Assembly (NCBI GenBank): GCA_049724395.1
Contig: JAUGWO010000080.1
Span: forward strand, 62,001-92,674
Length of the DNA: 30,674 nt
Source: Spongospora subterranea f. sp. subterranea
Taxonomy: Eukaryota
Direction of reading: 5' to 3'
Shown: positions 14,491 through 26,634 of the stretch, piece by piece
Layout: every line of letters begins with the position of its first letter
Numbering within the stretch: the stretch's first letter is position 1
Program-made: the position numbers and the translations under genes
Notes under the pieces: generated by a model
What the model was told of the DNA's origin: nothing
Seen by the model: the letters and a program-made list of their open reading frames with translations, nothing else
Databases searched by the model: none

Positions 14491-16723
14491 GCTACACGCA
14501 GACCTGGCGTTCAGCATTGTTGAAACAGGTGCAAGGCTGTGTTGGAACATCGACACATTATAGGGTATCCTGGCGTTGGTAAGAGCAGACCGATCAGCGA
14601 CGTCTACCATCATGTAGATAGCGTGCTGTTATTTTTGAGGTGAGTCAACAAGTATTTGTCGCTGCAGTCGCCTCTGTATAATCTGCAAAAATTCCTGGCA
14701 CATCGTCGTTTCGACTTGATGAATAATGCCATGTGTCAAGATACAAAAACAGAACCGTTGCCCAAGGCTTAGGATCGGTTTACAACTTAGAATGGAATTC
14801 ATATGTCCTAAACTATCCACTAACGAGGAGTCGCAAACCGAAAGTGTTTCGGTTTTATGTTTGTAAAATTCAAAAATAGCTTTGGTTTTAAGTAAATGAT
14901 TCTGTACGCCTTGAATTGTCTATCTTTCACTGTGTCGTCATTAAACAAACACGATCATCGGCGTTAATATTGTCTAATACGGTTATCGGTCTGAATACCA
15001 ACAAGTTCACGATCATTAGGAGAGTAGTTATCTTCACTATCATTCTTTGAATCAGTACATTCTTGGTAAGCCCAACAAGTCTGTCTCAATATATTGGGTT
15101 TCCTTTGATCGACATCATCGACATTACAATCCAAGCATGACCTTGATTATTGTTTCGGTTATTTGGAAATCATCCCCGACAAGGGACACCTTGCAATCGT
15201 ATCCTCTTCGGAACAGTGGCGACATTATCTGCACGGCGATAAGTCAAACTCGCTGAGATCAAGCATCTTGTCCAGGTCATGAATCAAACCGTAACAGCCG
15301 TATAATGTTGGTCAATGTTTTTAGTTCGACTTCAGACATGGTGCACAGTTCTTCGGAAAAAACTTCATCAGGAAGGTATCCAATTGCTGCTTGCGATAAG
15401 TGGATTGTTGCCAGACACGCATCATGCTGGGGTTCATCGCAATCAGAATGAGCGTCACTGTGCGCCATGTCCGAAGTCCATCAAAATATCGATCAAGACG
15501 TTCGGGCAGTTACGGTTCATTCCAAGGACCTGGATAAGATTTGATTTTTCATCCTTTGGATCGTGCGGCTCACTGAAATCCTTGATAGGAGTCGACGAAG
15601 AATATGATAAAAAATGGGGAAGAAGATATATGGTGGAGCCGTTTCTCGACGTATCGGGGAAGGCGGTCGCAAATAATGCATTCGCATCGAGGGTGAATAC
15701 CGACAGATAGAAACAGTCCTAATTCAAACAAAACACCATCGTGTTTCTGGAATTCGGCAATTTGTTAGAAGGTGGCCTTGCACAGATTCGGCAGGACTAG
15801 AGTCCTGCAGCACTGCTGGAAAGCGTTTCAATCAGATGGCTTTTGCACCCGAAATTAGAAGGGCAAGGCTTTCCTAGAGCCAATTATTAACTCCAACTAT
15901 CAAGACATATCTGTAAACTTTCATTTTTGTAAAACCGTCCTTAATCGTCCAAATAGGTACTTGGAACAAATGAAGTCTCACTTCGAACCGTATTTAGGGC
16001 AAGGACGATCTCCAAGTCAAAAAGTGATGCAACGAGCGTCTTCAACGACTCCTGCTGATCTGCTAACATAATCATGACCTCGTCGACTACATCATATCCA
16101 ACGACCCAATTGTCTGGAAAATCGGTAGATGACGCCAGATTATAGTGCAACAGATGTGCAAAGAATGAATCAGCGACAAACAGTAACGTTTCGACGTATT
16201 TTCCGAGACAAACAGGTGGACGTCGTGATTGACACAAACGGAAAGGTCCAAGCCAACTTTCGAAGCTGGTCGAATACGCATTCCGCGTTTGTCAAGTTCA
16301 ACGGAAACTGAAACCATTCCCCACGACGCCGAGAATCAATCGCGCGTCTGGGCTGGGCGTCCCCGTTCGGCAGTGACAAGTAGTTGTTCGTACAATTGGC
16401 GACAGGTGACAGTGGAGCCACAAGTACAGTGGCTGAGTGGATCTGACACGTTCGAATATGCCGAGGGTGTGACTGGTCTGCCGCCTGAGCAGGGGCACCA
16501 CTCGACCGCGCTGGTCGCCCGCCGGTCCACGCTTGGCCAGCACCGTAAAACAGCCGCCCGTTCCTGGCAGTGGACCGATATCAGTTTACAAGCCCACTTT
16601 ACCAGGTCGAGAAGGCACCGGTATTGTTGAACTAGCGTTTTGTTGCCAATCTGCGTTTTGATCGGTCGCTGCGTCATTAATCAATATATCCGCTCCGTTT
16701 TATATTAACTAGGTAGCATCAAA

Positions 16724-17554
16724 ATGTCAGATCGTACTGAAGAGGAAGGTGATACGGAGTACAACCAGGTCCAGTATGGCGACGAAGACGATGACGACCC
16801 CGAAGACGATGAGGAAGACGAAGAGCAGGTAGATGTCGTTCAGCAAGATGACGATGAGGATGACGAAGAGGAGGACGAGGATGAAGAGTATGAAGAAGAA
16901 TACGAAGAAGAAGAAGATGATGAAGATGTTCAAGGTGTTGTTCAGATCGCTCGTGGCAGAAGAGAAGAAGAATACGACGAAGATGATGAAGACGAGGATG
17001 CCGACGACGAAGAAGTTGATGATGAATATAACGCGGACGAGGATTTCGCATCTCTTGAAGCCAGAGCAAGCGATTTGGCGGCCGAGGGTTTATCAAATGA
17101 GGCGACCATTCAGGTAAATATTAACTTTTTTTTTTCAAAACATTTTACATCATAACAAGTCAATTTTTTTCAGGTTCTCAAAGTGCTAACACCAGGATTA
17201 GTATCAAAATTACCAGAACTTGATTCATTAGATGATCGGGACGCAAATCAGTTCCGCACTCAAGTGTTGGGCACGTTGGCGTTGTGGATCGAGGTTTTAC
17301 GCGATGGTAAAGGTATAGAACGTTATAGGCGAGCAGGAGGCGTTGGCGATGCAGGAGCCGCTTCTTTAATAGAATCGCTAAACACGTGGCGCGACGCTTT
17401 TTTACAAGACGAAAATCTCGATTTGACAACCGATAATGTTGATGAGGACGATGAGGACGAAGATGACGTCGCTATTGTGAAAGAGTTTATAGATCTGCTG
17501 GATGATCTAAAACAACCTGTTAAAAAGAAACACAAAGGCGCAAATCCTGAATAG
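16724..17554 (+). CDS. Hypothetical hyper-acidic (D/E-rich) protein with C-terminal basic NLS-like motif; exons 16724-17113 and 17174-17554
   Basis: A 60-nt intron (CAG|gtaaat ... ttttcag|GTT) joins two ORFs in phase 0, giving about 256 aa. Long D/E tracts; ends PVKKKHKGANPE. Confidence 0.8.
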
Positions 17555-17715
17555 AATGATGTCATTATTAAGTAAACCATTATCAGTTTCAGTACAAGGT
17601 AATTATTCACTCAATGGCTATCGAAATGGATATTGTCTGAAAAAACACAAAGTACAAGAAAAGCTACAGTGCTTTATTTAACTATTTATAACTCGTCTGG
17701 AAACAGCACTCCTTC

Positions 17716-19530
17716 TCAAAGTTTAGAAGGAAATTTTCGGGCTGATACACCTATTCACTAGTTGTGAGACTATACAGTTATCAATGGACAAACTCGAACC
17801 CGTATAAGCGGCGTCTGGACGAATCAATTTCCCTGACACCCTTTCTTCATTGACATGAGCTACCCAACCAGCGGTTCGAGCTAGCACAAATATTGGGGTG
17901 AACAGCGATGTGGGGATGCCGCCTAAATCCATCAAAAAGACCCATCAGAAACGAGGCAGCCAAAACAGGAGTTGTTGATGACCGACATTGGTTGTATGCA
18001 GAGGCAGAGAAAAAATCTGATTGGTAAAAGACAACAGACTTAGAAGACTGCAAAAAAAAGATTTGCTCCCATACCTAGATTACAAAAAAGTCGCTTCTCA
18101 TCCCACATGAGCTGATTCAGAACTTCGTCAGGATCAGTTGACCATCGCTAAATAGTAATACAGTACCTTCTCAATCGCTTTCGATATCTCGACAAGATTG
18201 GGGTTGCCTCCAGGCAAGCTAGCTAATTCTTCGGAACACGATTTGATAACATCCGATCGCGGATCGCCCTTTTTGTAGACTCGATGACCAAATCCTATAA
18301 AAATGAAAACAACATAAATATGGTGGACAGATAGCAAAAGAATCAATTTGTAATTACCCATTATCAACTTTTTGGTCCTCAACATTTCTTTTACACCTTG
18401 AACCGCTTGATCAGGGGTGGCGAATTGCTCGATAAGGTGCATGGCTGCCTCATTTGCACCACCTATCGAACTTGTACTGTCAGTGATTTTGGGACACGAA
18501 AAGCGTCATCACCGACCGTGCAAAGCGCCTCGCAGCGTCCCAATTCCGGTACATATGCACGAATATATGTCTGATTTAGTACTAGCAGTGACTCGACAAG
18601 CGAATGTGCTGGCGGCGAATCCGTGCTCCTGAGATAGTTAGTCAGATTCCCGGTTACAAGCAAATGTGAATTGACCAAATCTGGAACAGTCATGAGAGTT
18701 ACTTTTACCGACAGCATAAAGGATGAGAGATACATTGACAGCTCGAACTGCCGCCTTCGTAGGATTAGACTGATGCAATAATCGAAGCAAATAATGTGCT
18801 AACGACTCCTGTACATAAAGAAGAGTCAGAACAGAAGAGCAAATAATGATTTTCAAATTACTGTCTGGCTAAGTCCAGATGTATCAATTCTGACACCGGA
18901 TTGGTGAAAATGATGCCAATAGCATAACACAGCAGAAAATACGGAGATAAGAGTTGTAGCTATTTGAGTGGCATGATTACCAGACGATAACTGATAGAGC
19001 CCTGAATGCATAATGAGAACATGATAATTGGGGATGGCATTACAGTACCTGAGGAAGCATCCTGCTGTTCTGGAAATAGAGTTCCTAACATTGAACAGGC
19101 TGTACGTAACACATCCATAGGATGAGCTGATGAGGGAATCAATTCTACCATGTACAGAACGTCAGAAAAAAATACCACAAACAACAATATGAGCTGTGAC
19201 CAATTATAGACTTGAGGGAGTCAGGAATTACTCGAGACTGGTTAACAACATTTTGGAATGAATTGAGTTGACTGTCGGTGGGAAGATCACCAAACATGAG
19301 CAAGTAAGCAACTTGTTCAAATATGCAATTATTTGCAAGATCAATGATAGAATATCCTGAATAAAGAGGACTCAGCGCGGTGAAATTTCCCGCAAGAACA
19401 ATAGTTGGAGACCTCGATATTGAAGGCCATGGCCCTCTGTACCGACCGAAGATATGTTTGTGGTGCCTGCGATGACGCCAGCCATGCCGGAAGCAGGCTC
19501 GGGCTTTGGTAAGGTCGTGGAGGCGGCCAT
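17716..19530 (-). CDS. prpC: 2-methylcitrate synthase / citrate synthase family (bacterial PrpC-type), intron-rich, C-terminal PTS1 (SKL)
   Basis: Spliced motifs [89 protein letters not shown] and [10 protein letters not shown]. The last exon (17716-17750) encodes [10 protein letters not shown]. The PrpC versus citrate synthase call rests on motif resemblance. Confidence 0.85.
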
Positions 19531-19859
19531 CTGGTGGTGGAGTTAGGACAAGATCAGCAATAACGGAGTGGGCGGATCGTTATACAGACCCTTTCTCTTT
19601 AATTCCTCACACTTTATATAACTATATCCGTCGTCAGATAATAAAAGTCCCACAGTTATAACACACTCCTATGTGTCCTTTAAACAGGATCAACGGGTTC
19701 CGTTTATACATTCCGACCTGATCTCGCCAAATTGAATTATCGAAAGTACGTTCGTCAGTAAAATGTTGGAGATTCCGGTGTTAGGTGTCGGGATCTTGTC
19801 AAGTTAGCAATTCTGGTTAGCGACAAGGCTGATCAGTGATCAGCGAATAAGGAAAATAA

Positions 19860-20220
19860 CAGCATGTTCAATCCTTCACCTTTTCGGGTATTTTCGCCAT
19901 GATATCATCATCATATCGGGGGATCGCGTTTTCGTTAATCCATCAAGTAAAGTCAGAATCGACACGAAATACCAGGTCAGACATCTCTGACGAAGTGTTT
20001 GTTTCGCCCGCCTCATGAAAAACCGACAGCGAAAGAAATTAAGCGCTCATGATAGCAACGTCGTCTTACATAACTTCGAAAACACCCGATAGCGCTTTCA
20101 AACCCGAATTTGGCCCCAGATACGAGGCCAATCCGCTTCCAAACCATTAAGTCAAACAACATCAGGAGTAGTGGTATTTCATCGGCACGGAAAGACATAT
20201 AAAAAATGCTCTATCAAAGA
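19860..20220 (-). mobile_element. Possible PIF/Harbinger-like transposase N-terminal remnant
   Basis: Broken peptides FRADEIPLL, VRRRCYHERL and WINENAIPRY resemble the N-terminal region of PIF/Harbinger-type transposases. Stops and frameshifts throughout; no DDE core seen. Confidence 0.3.
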
Positions 20221-20879
20221 TTAATGCAAACAGGAGATGCCCTCATGAGACCTAATTCGAGAATAAGTCAGAGGCTAATCGGATGGAGTGGAATTGAAAA
20301 TGTGTCCTCTGTCGAAATTGCCCTAATCGCCATCCTAGTTTCGTCCTTGTATTTTCAACGTTCCAAACTCTTAACAATGCATTACTTACCAAATCTACGA
20401 ATAAAGGGTTTTGATTTTTTCCCACTCAATTGGGTAAGCTACTGCTTTTTTCGCAAACGACGACCGGATTTGCAGTTTCATTCAAAAGAGATCACCTCAA
20501 CCAATGTTGGGAGAGTCGGGGCCAGAAGAGGCGAAGATATGATGCAAGGTTGTATTATAATGGTTGTCTGCTAAATATTCCAATCGAGCATGGTGGTTCC
20601 CTAAACACATTGTTTGCCGGATAAAACCAGTAAATCAATCGATTGCAACATATGGTGAAATTTGCTTGACTCCTGATGGCCATTTCAATACTCGAGCGAC
20701 CGTTGAGAACATGCTGGAGTGTTGCCAGAGTGGACCTGTTAGGGTTCAAGGCTTCTATCGGACGGATGATCAAGTAAAACGGTAGTCGATTGAGAAGCGA
20801 ATTATCTTGTCGGGAACGGTCGATTAAACATCATCCAAGGGTGACGGAGCCGCACACCAACGACCTCAGCAATGACGTC

Positions 20880-22030
20880 GCGATGTCAAGTGAGGGGATG
20901 GGAAGCGGGAGTAATAGACCCGAGGGTTTGCGGCGAGGAACTTTCGAACGCGCACAGACGTCACAAGATCGAACAAAAGAGGTGTAACCATCTTTAGCAT
21001 ACCTGGTCAGGTAAAATTGCGAGCAATTGATTCGATTTGATTTCAAAATGTCCTGCCAATGGAGAATCATGACAGGATGAAAGGATATTCAAACGCCTAA
21101 CTGCATCATCGACCACTTCAACTTCGGGGGGAGGAATGGGTCATAGCATTAATAAAGCGAGAACTACGAAAAACGGGTTATCGACGGGTTGATGATCGAC
21201 GGCCGATAATTCAGGACGACGGGACAATGCATCAGGTTTGTGAGAGAGAGATCCGGATCGGTGACGAATGACGAAGTGGGATTGAGACAACAACAATGAC
21301 CAACGAGCGTGACGCCGATTCAACAGTTTAGTTGTCATGAACCATTCGAGGTTCTGTGATCGCTCAACACCAAAATTAAGGATCCAGGTAATGCCTTTAA
21401 GCCTGAAAAGCTGTCACGATGGAATTAGCTCTTTATCTGAATCTCATAATTTAATTCCGATGGTGTAAATTTGCGAGAGTAAAACGCCACAGGGTGTAAT
21501 CCATCTGTGTGTATTCGGGACAAGATTGCACCAACTGCGTAATCGGACGCACCTGATTCGACAATAATGTCCAATTCAGGATCAAAATGGCGTAAAATAG
21601 GCGCCGATACAAAAGCTGACTTCAAAGTCTGAAATGAAGCATCAGCGCTAGTAGATGGCATCCTTCTTGGTCAACGAAAACAGTGGGTTGGTGATGCGTG
21701 AATAATTTGGAATAATCCACGATAGAAGTTCGCAAAACCCAGAAACGATTGAAGCTCTTTGACCGAATTCGGGATTGGTCAAGATATTATTGCTGAAATA
21801 CTTTCTGGATCCATGAGTAAGCCGCGAGAGGACAAGCGGAATCCTAATCTCGGAGACATGGAATACACATTTGCTCAGTTTGGCGAAGAGGTTGTGCTTT
21901 CGTAGAATTTGCAAAACAGTGTGAACGTGTTGAACATGTTCAACACCGTCCGGGGAGAAAATCAACGTGTTGCATTAATACACAACAACGAATCGATCAA
22001 TGCACTCATGTAGATGTCGTTCATGAATCG
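20880..22030 (-). mobile_element. Degenerate Ty3/Gypsy pol fragment (RT C-terminus, RNase H, integrase Zn finger)
   Basis: RFVVVY*CNTLIFS (destroyed YLDD), LFAKLSKCVF, LRHFDPE...[11 protein letters not shown]...[17 protein letters not shown]...DALSR and FVRSCDVCARSK...GLLLPLPIP. The order is RT-RH-INT, with many frameshifts. Confidence 0.92.
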
Positions 22031-22800
22031 GTGAAAACAAGCGGGTGTATTTGCCAAGCCAAAAGGCATCACCAAATATTCAAACAAACCGACTTTTGTC
22101 CTGCATGCAATTGTCCACTCATCGCCTGCCCTGATGCGAACGAGATCTTATTTCGCCATCCCGATCCTATTTACTTGGACAAGGCAACACGAGAGATTAT
22201 GCAATTCATGGAACATGCAGGCTTCGTTATCAACGTGGGCAGCAAAAGTATTCTCATCCCAACTCAACAAGTGTCTTTTTTAGGATTGATTCTGAATACG
22301 CCGCGTTTAACTATTGAAATCCCAACCGACAAACGTACTGCATACGACCATTCGATCCGTTCCTTATTACGACAGAAGTATCCGTCTGTTCGAGATCTTG
22401 CTACCCTTCGCGGCAAATCAAATTTTGTTAACATCTCATCTTCTAGGGGGCAGGCATCTTTGTCAGCACTACATTCACTCATCGGATCCCCAAATTGGCG
22501 ACATCGCGAATATCGTCGCTGGACTGTAGACGCTCGACTCTGTCTACACGATTGGATCCACCGTCATTTATTCCTTGTGGTGGGCGAACTACGCGCAGCT
22601 CAGAAGGCTATTCACGCTCTTCCATGTTGATAACATGGCAGTTCTAGGGATGCTGCAATCAGGACATTCTTCTTCCGTCCAGTGCGCTTCTATTTTACGC
22701 GCAATCCACCGTCGAATCCATATGCAAGCATTGTCTGTGCAATTCCGGTACATTCCTACGACCACTAATTGTATTGCTGACTCTTTGTCAAGACAGCAAC
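22031..22800 (+). mobile_element. DIRS-like (tyrosine-recombinase retroelement) RT/RNase H fragment, internally deleted
   Basis: GFVINVGSKSILIPTQQVSFLGLILNT...IEIPTDKR matches the DIRS-type RT end. ELRAA...DNMAV...GHSSS...YIPTTTNCIADSLSR matches a DIRS-type RNase H. The YxDD motif is degraded. Confidence 0.8.
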
Positions 22801-22869
22801 GCTATTTTATGAGAAAAAGGAAGGTTTTCCACGATTATCGTCCTGTTTGGGAATGCTGTTTTTCTTGAT

Positions 22870-23260
22870 TGTGGGCATCTCATTGAGGTGGAATCGGCTT
22901 GAGATCATTGTTGTAGCGTCGAAAGGGTTCTTGATCTTTGGCAGTAGATACGGTCAGTTCGAATGCCTCAGCGACATCGTGATTGGGGTCCTCATCTCTA
23001 CCGTACTCCAGTTCATGTTCGACAACGGCCTTGAGTGAAGGTGGGCGCAATCCCCCGATTAGAACTTGAACTCGACTTTTAGACTTCTTCTTATCTTCCA
23101 CGTCGTACAAGTGTTCTAGCCCATTACCCGTGATGAGATAGTCGAACGCTGTGAAATAACTCAAAACTCGGTCTTCGGCTCAAGGCCTTAGTGTCACCTA
23201 ATCGAAGTTCTTTCAAATCCTGACAGATTGACTGTTAAGGTCCACAGAAGTTTTTACAGT
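22870..23260 (-). mobile_element. LTR-retrotransposon gag-like remnant
   Basis: SYFTAFDYLITGNGL...VLIGGLRPPSLKAVV resembles Gypsy-type gag capsid segments. It is embedded among TE fragments. Confidence 0.45.
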
Positions 23261-23539
23261 CCGAACAATTGTTCTTTTTCTCACAAATCTTCTTCATTTT
23301 CATTTCATTTCTATCATCATCTCTCCATCGTCACATTCTTTTTATCACCAATTTCTCCAGTCTCATCCTCTCATTCCTGCTAGATTTACAATATCTTCCT
23401 TTTCCTATATCTCCCTCATCAATTTTCGAACGATTCCCTCTTCGTTATCATGGTTGTAAGTCCATCCCCTTCTCCCTCCCCCCGTCGAACTCGGTCTTTC
23501 TCCCGCCCTGATGACAATTCGTAGAGGACGCAAATACCG

Positions 23540-24560
23540 CCATGCTGCGATTGTTGCTGGAATCGTCAAAACGGCGCGACCGTGATTTGGCCGAAGAGCG
23601 TCTGGAGGGGCGCAGCTCAGCGCTTTGAGGCGTGCGGTTTCCCAGTTAAATTTGGCGCAAGGGCGTCGATCGAATCAGATTCTCATCTGCCGATCAAATC
23701 CGATCCCCATTCTCTTCCCCCGCTTCCTCATTGAGTCAGCCAACCTTCCACTCCGGTTTCACAGCAATCGACAGACAGTCATGATTTGGCGCTTCGTCGG
23801 TCTATCATGAATTTACCACAATTTTACGATTATGTCACGTTATAAGAAATTCACAAGTACTTGGGATCAACGCGACGTCGAGTGTGGGAAACCGTGCTTC
23901 TGACCCGATGTCTAAAGTTTGAGACTTTCGTGGATTCTTTTGACCGACTGATGGGTCGGCTTGGCGACTCAATGCGTTGTGATGTTCTGCTGCAATCATT
24001 GAGGGAGACGGCTCTGGAGCGAGCTTTGCAAGCTGGTGAGACTTCGTACCTCAGTCTCATTGGTCTGCTGCGCCGGTGGTATCAGAACGATCCATCAATC
24101 GTCAAACCGGCGTCAGTGGACCTACCTGCCCAACTTGATCGAGCGGTTCCTGCATCGCAGGAAATACTATCCGATTATGTGGAATTATGGCGTCGGGCTT
24201 AGTCCACGTTCAAAATCGTATACGCAGAGGCGTCTTTATTGGCTGAGATCCGTTCGGTTTTAATTTTTGTAAGAAACAATCCTTCTGCACGCTATGCACA
24301 ATTTTCCATCTGCGACTCCTCCTTCCCCACTCATTCCACCTTCACGCTCTACACTCATTCCCCATCTGCGACACCTCCCGTTACGACTCCTCTATCGTCG
24401 AACAAGCACGTTCGTTTACGCCTCAGTGTGTGCACTGTCATTCTATTGATTATCTGGTGCGACAATGCCCGGCTTGCACTGAAGCTGAACGCGAACAGCA
24501 TCTCTGGGCCTTGAATGAACTCACGGTCAAACAATTGTCAGGAGGCGCAACCCGATCAGG
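23540..24560 (+). mobile_element. Degenerate gag-like ORF with mutated zinc knuckle
   Basis: Interrupted reading frames end in CVHCHSIDYLVRQC (24427-24468), which has CX2CX4HX4C spacing with His replaced by Tyr. Confidence 0.5.
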
Positions 24561-24639
24561 CACATGTATCTAATACACACTGTGCCGTGGAAACCGAACT
24601 GACCTAACCTCACTTTGGTTAACGCCGTTTTTGAATCGA

Positions 24640-24784
24640 TGTTATTCCCGTCTTCGTCCCGACCATCTTCGTCTCTCTCTCTCCCTCGTTATAGTTCTCT
24701 CCTTCTAGCTCCCGCTTTGGCCCCCCTTCGTTAGCCTGCTTCCTCGTCTACATCTCTCAACTTCATTATTTCCGGTTCATAACA
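24640..24784 (+). repeat. Putative 5' LTR (possibly partial)
   Basis: Pyrimidine-rich segment bounded by 6-bp inverted termini TGTTAT...ATAACA, ending 14 nt before the gag ATG. No second LTR in the window. Confidence 0.5.
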
Positions 24785-24870
24785 GTTTAACCAAACCCAT
24801 GGTATCTACTCGAAACCATTCCCCCTCGCCCGTTAGTCCATCCAATGTTGAACTCGTGAATCCGCCTGAC

Positions 24871-25682
24871 GGCACTCCTATTCCATACCAACGCTAATTC
24901 AACAATTGCAAACGCAGATCTTGGATCTACAAAGCCAACTTGCAGATTTGCAAAGCCAACGATCCGAATCAGGTACCGACATGGTCACAACTCTGGCCTG
25001 CATACAAGTTGAGGTATCGGAATTACAAGTGCGAATCCCTACCCCAAACCCCACAAGCGCTTCCACAGCCTCCTATTGCTCAGTTGCCGAAACCCAACCA
25101 GTTTTCTGGCGATCGCAGTAAATTCCGACAGTGGTTCTGCCAAGTCACTAACTACCTGAGAATCTACAGTACTGGATATACATCAGACACGATGCGAGTA
25201 GGGCTGTTCAGTAGGGCTGTTCACCAGCCTCATGACCGAGTCGGCGCTCCTATGGCTGATGCCCTATGTTGAATCCAAGTCTTATATTTTAGATAACTTT
25301 GAGGGATTTATCGAAAACTTAAAACTTGATTCTACCTCAATCACAGTTCGACGTTATTCAACTTGGTTATGATTGGCTACAAAAGTTCAATCCACAGATA
25401 GACTGTCGAACTGGCAAGTTGAGAGTTTCTCATGCTGAATCCCCAGTCATTCCATTAGCATTAATGTCAGTCATCCACATGACCTCAAGGCCTGGTGCGA
25501 CGGTTTGGGGTAGGGATTCGCACTTGTAATTCCGATACCTCAGCCTGTATGCGGGCCAAAGTTGTGACCATGTCGGTACCTGATTCGGATCGTTGGCTTT
25601 GCGATTCTGCAAGTTGGCTTTGTAGATCCAAGATCTGCGTTTGCAATTGTTGAATTAGCGTTTGGTATGGAATAGGAGTGCC
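24871..25682. repeat. Inverted repeat: arms 24871-25050 and 25502-25682 (gag 5' region)
   Basis: Manual alignment gives 6 substitutions and 1 indel over about 180 bp. Confidence 0.97.
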
Positions 25683-26634
25683 TGGACGATATATTGATAT
25701 ATTCTGATACAGAAGCTGATCACATAAATCACGTTCGCTCCGTCCTGACAGTGTTACGGGAACAAGGTCTGTACGTTGAAATGGAAAAATGTGCTTTCCA
25801 CGCTTCAGAGGTTCAATTTTTTGGATATATAATCTCCAACAAATGTGTCAAAATGGACCCAGCCCGTGTCGATGCTGTTAATTCGTGGCCCCAACCCCTC
25901 TTTGTCAAGGAGTTTTACTTCAATCATTCTTAGGATTTGCAAATTTTTATCGACAATTTAATTCCAATTTCGCATCAACCTGTATGCCTTTATATGAACT
26001 AAGGTCTGACCACGTGGCCTCTAATGAATGTGGGAGAGCGAGCTGCTTGCAGTAAACTCGGAAACTCTGGATAGGCAATGTAATCAGGTGGGGGCAGGTC
26101 CCATTCGGTGTGGTCGGTAGGACAGATTATGTTGCTGAATCCAGCTGGTCTAATAGGTTCCTTCATTGGATACCCAAGCTACTTGTAGCGGCCAGGCGGA
26201 AGTAGGGAAAGTCTGGTAGTACACAGGCTTACTCAACCCATAAGAACCCGCGATCCTTTGTATACCATACCATACCATTTATATGAACTAACAACAAACA
26301 TGCAACCTTCAAGTACACTCCCCAATGTCAAATTTCCTTTCACTCCGCAATCAACTGCGCAAGTCACGAATCGACGAGATGCTGGCGGCGATCGATCGTG
26401 TTGCTGGTGGTGGGGAGTCGGCTGGCACCAAGGGTGACAGTCTAGGGATGCCTGGCGGGGTAGTCTTTCCTGACGATGACTAGAACTCTGAAGTGTCAGC
26501 TGCACTCCCAATTTCCTCTGAGTCTTCAGAGCGGGCCAAATTTTAGAACAGCCGTCAAAAGCTGTTCTCGCCGTTCATTGAATACTTATCATTGGTATGA
26601 GATGAGCGGACAGGTCCTTGTTGTCAATTCCTGC

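Larger units (their letters stand above)
24640..26000 (+). mobile_element. Rearranged Ty3/Gypsy element: putative LTR, gag, protease C-terminus, RT fragment
   Basis: Gag starts at ATG 24799 (LPKPNQFSGDRSKFRQW...ALLWLMPY). The protease end reads FDVIQLGYDWLQKFNPQID. RT from 25682 reads LDDILIYS...EKCAF...FFGYII...LGFANFYRQFIPNF. Confidence 0.9.

Noticed and set aside
14900..16680. Overlapping minus-strand ORFs suggesting a gene or pseudogene
   Set aside because: Frames are interrupted and no family motif was recognised; left unannotated.
26002..26535. Minus-strand YK*LGYP motif resembling a non-LTR RT end, plus a Ser/Pro-rich fragment
   Set aside because: A single short degenerate motif is too little to assign.
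26460..26620. Hammerhead or HDV-like ribozyme at the LINE 5' end (CTGACGA at about 26470; stem-loop at about 26562-26613)
   Set aside because: No GAAA follows the candidate stem II and I could not build an HDV pseudoknot by eye. An Infernal/Rfam search would be needed.
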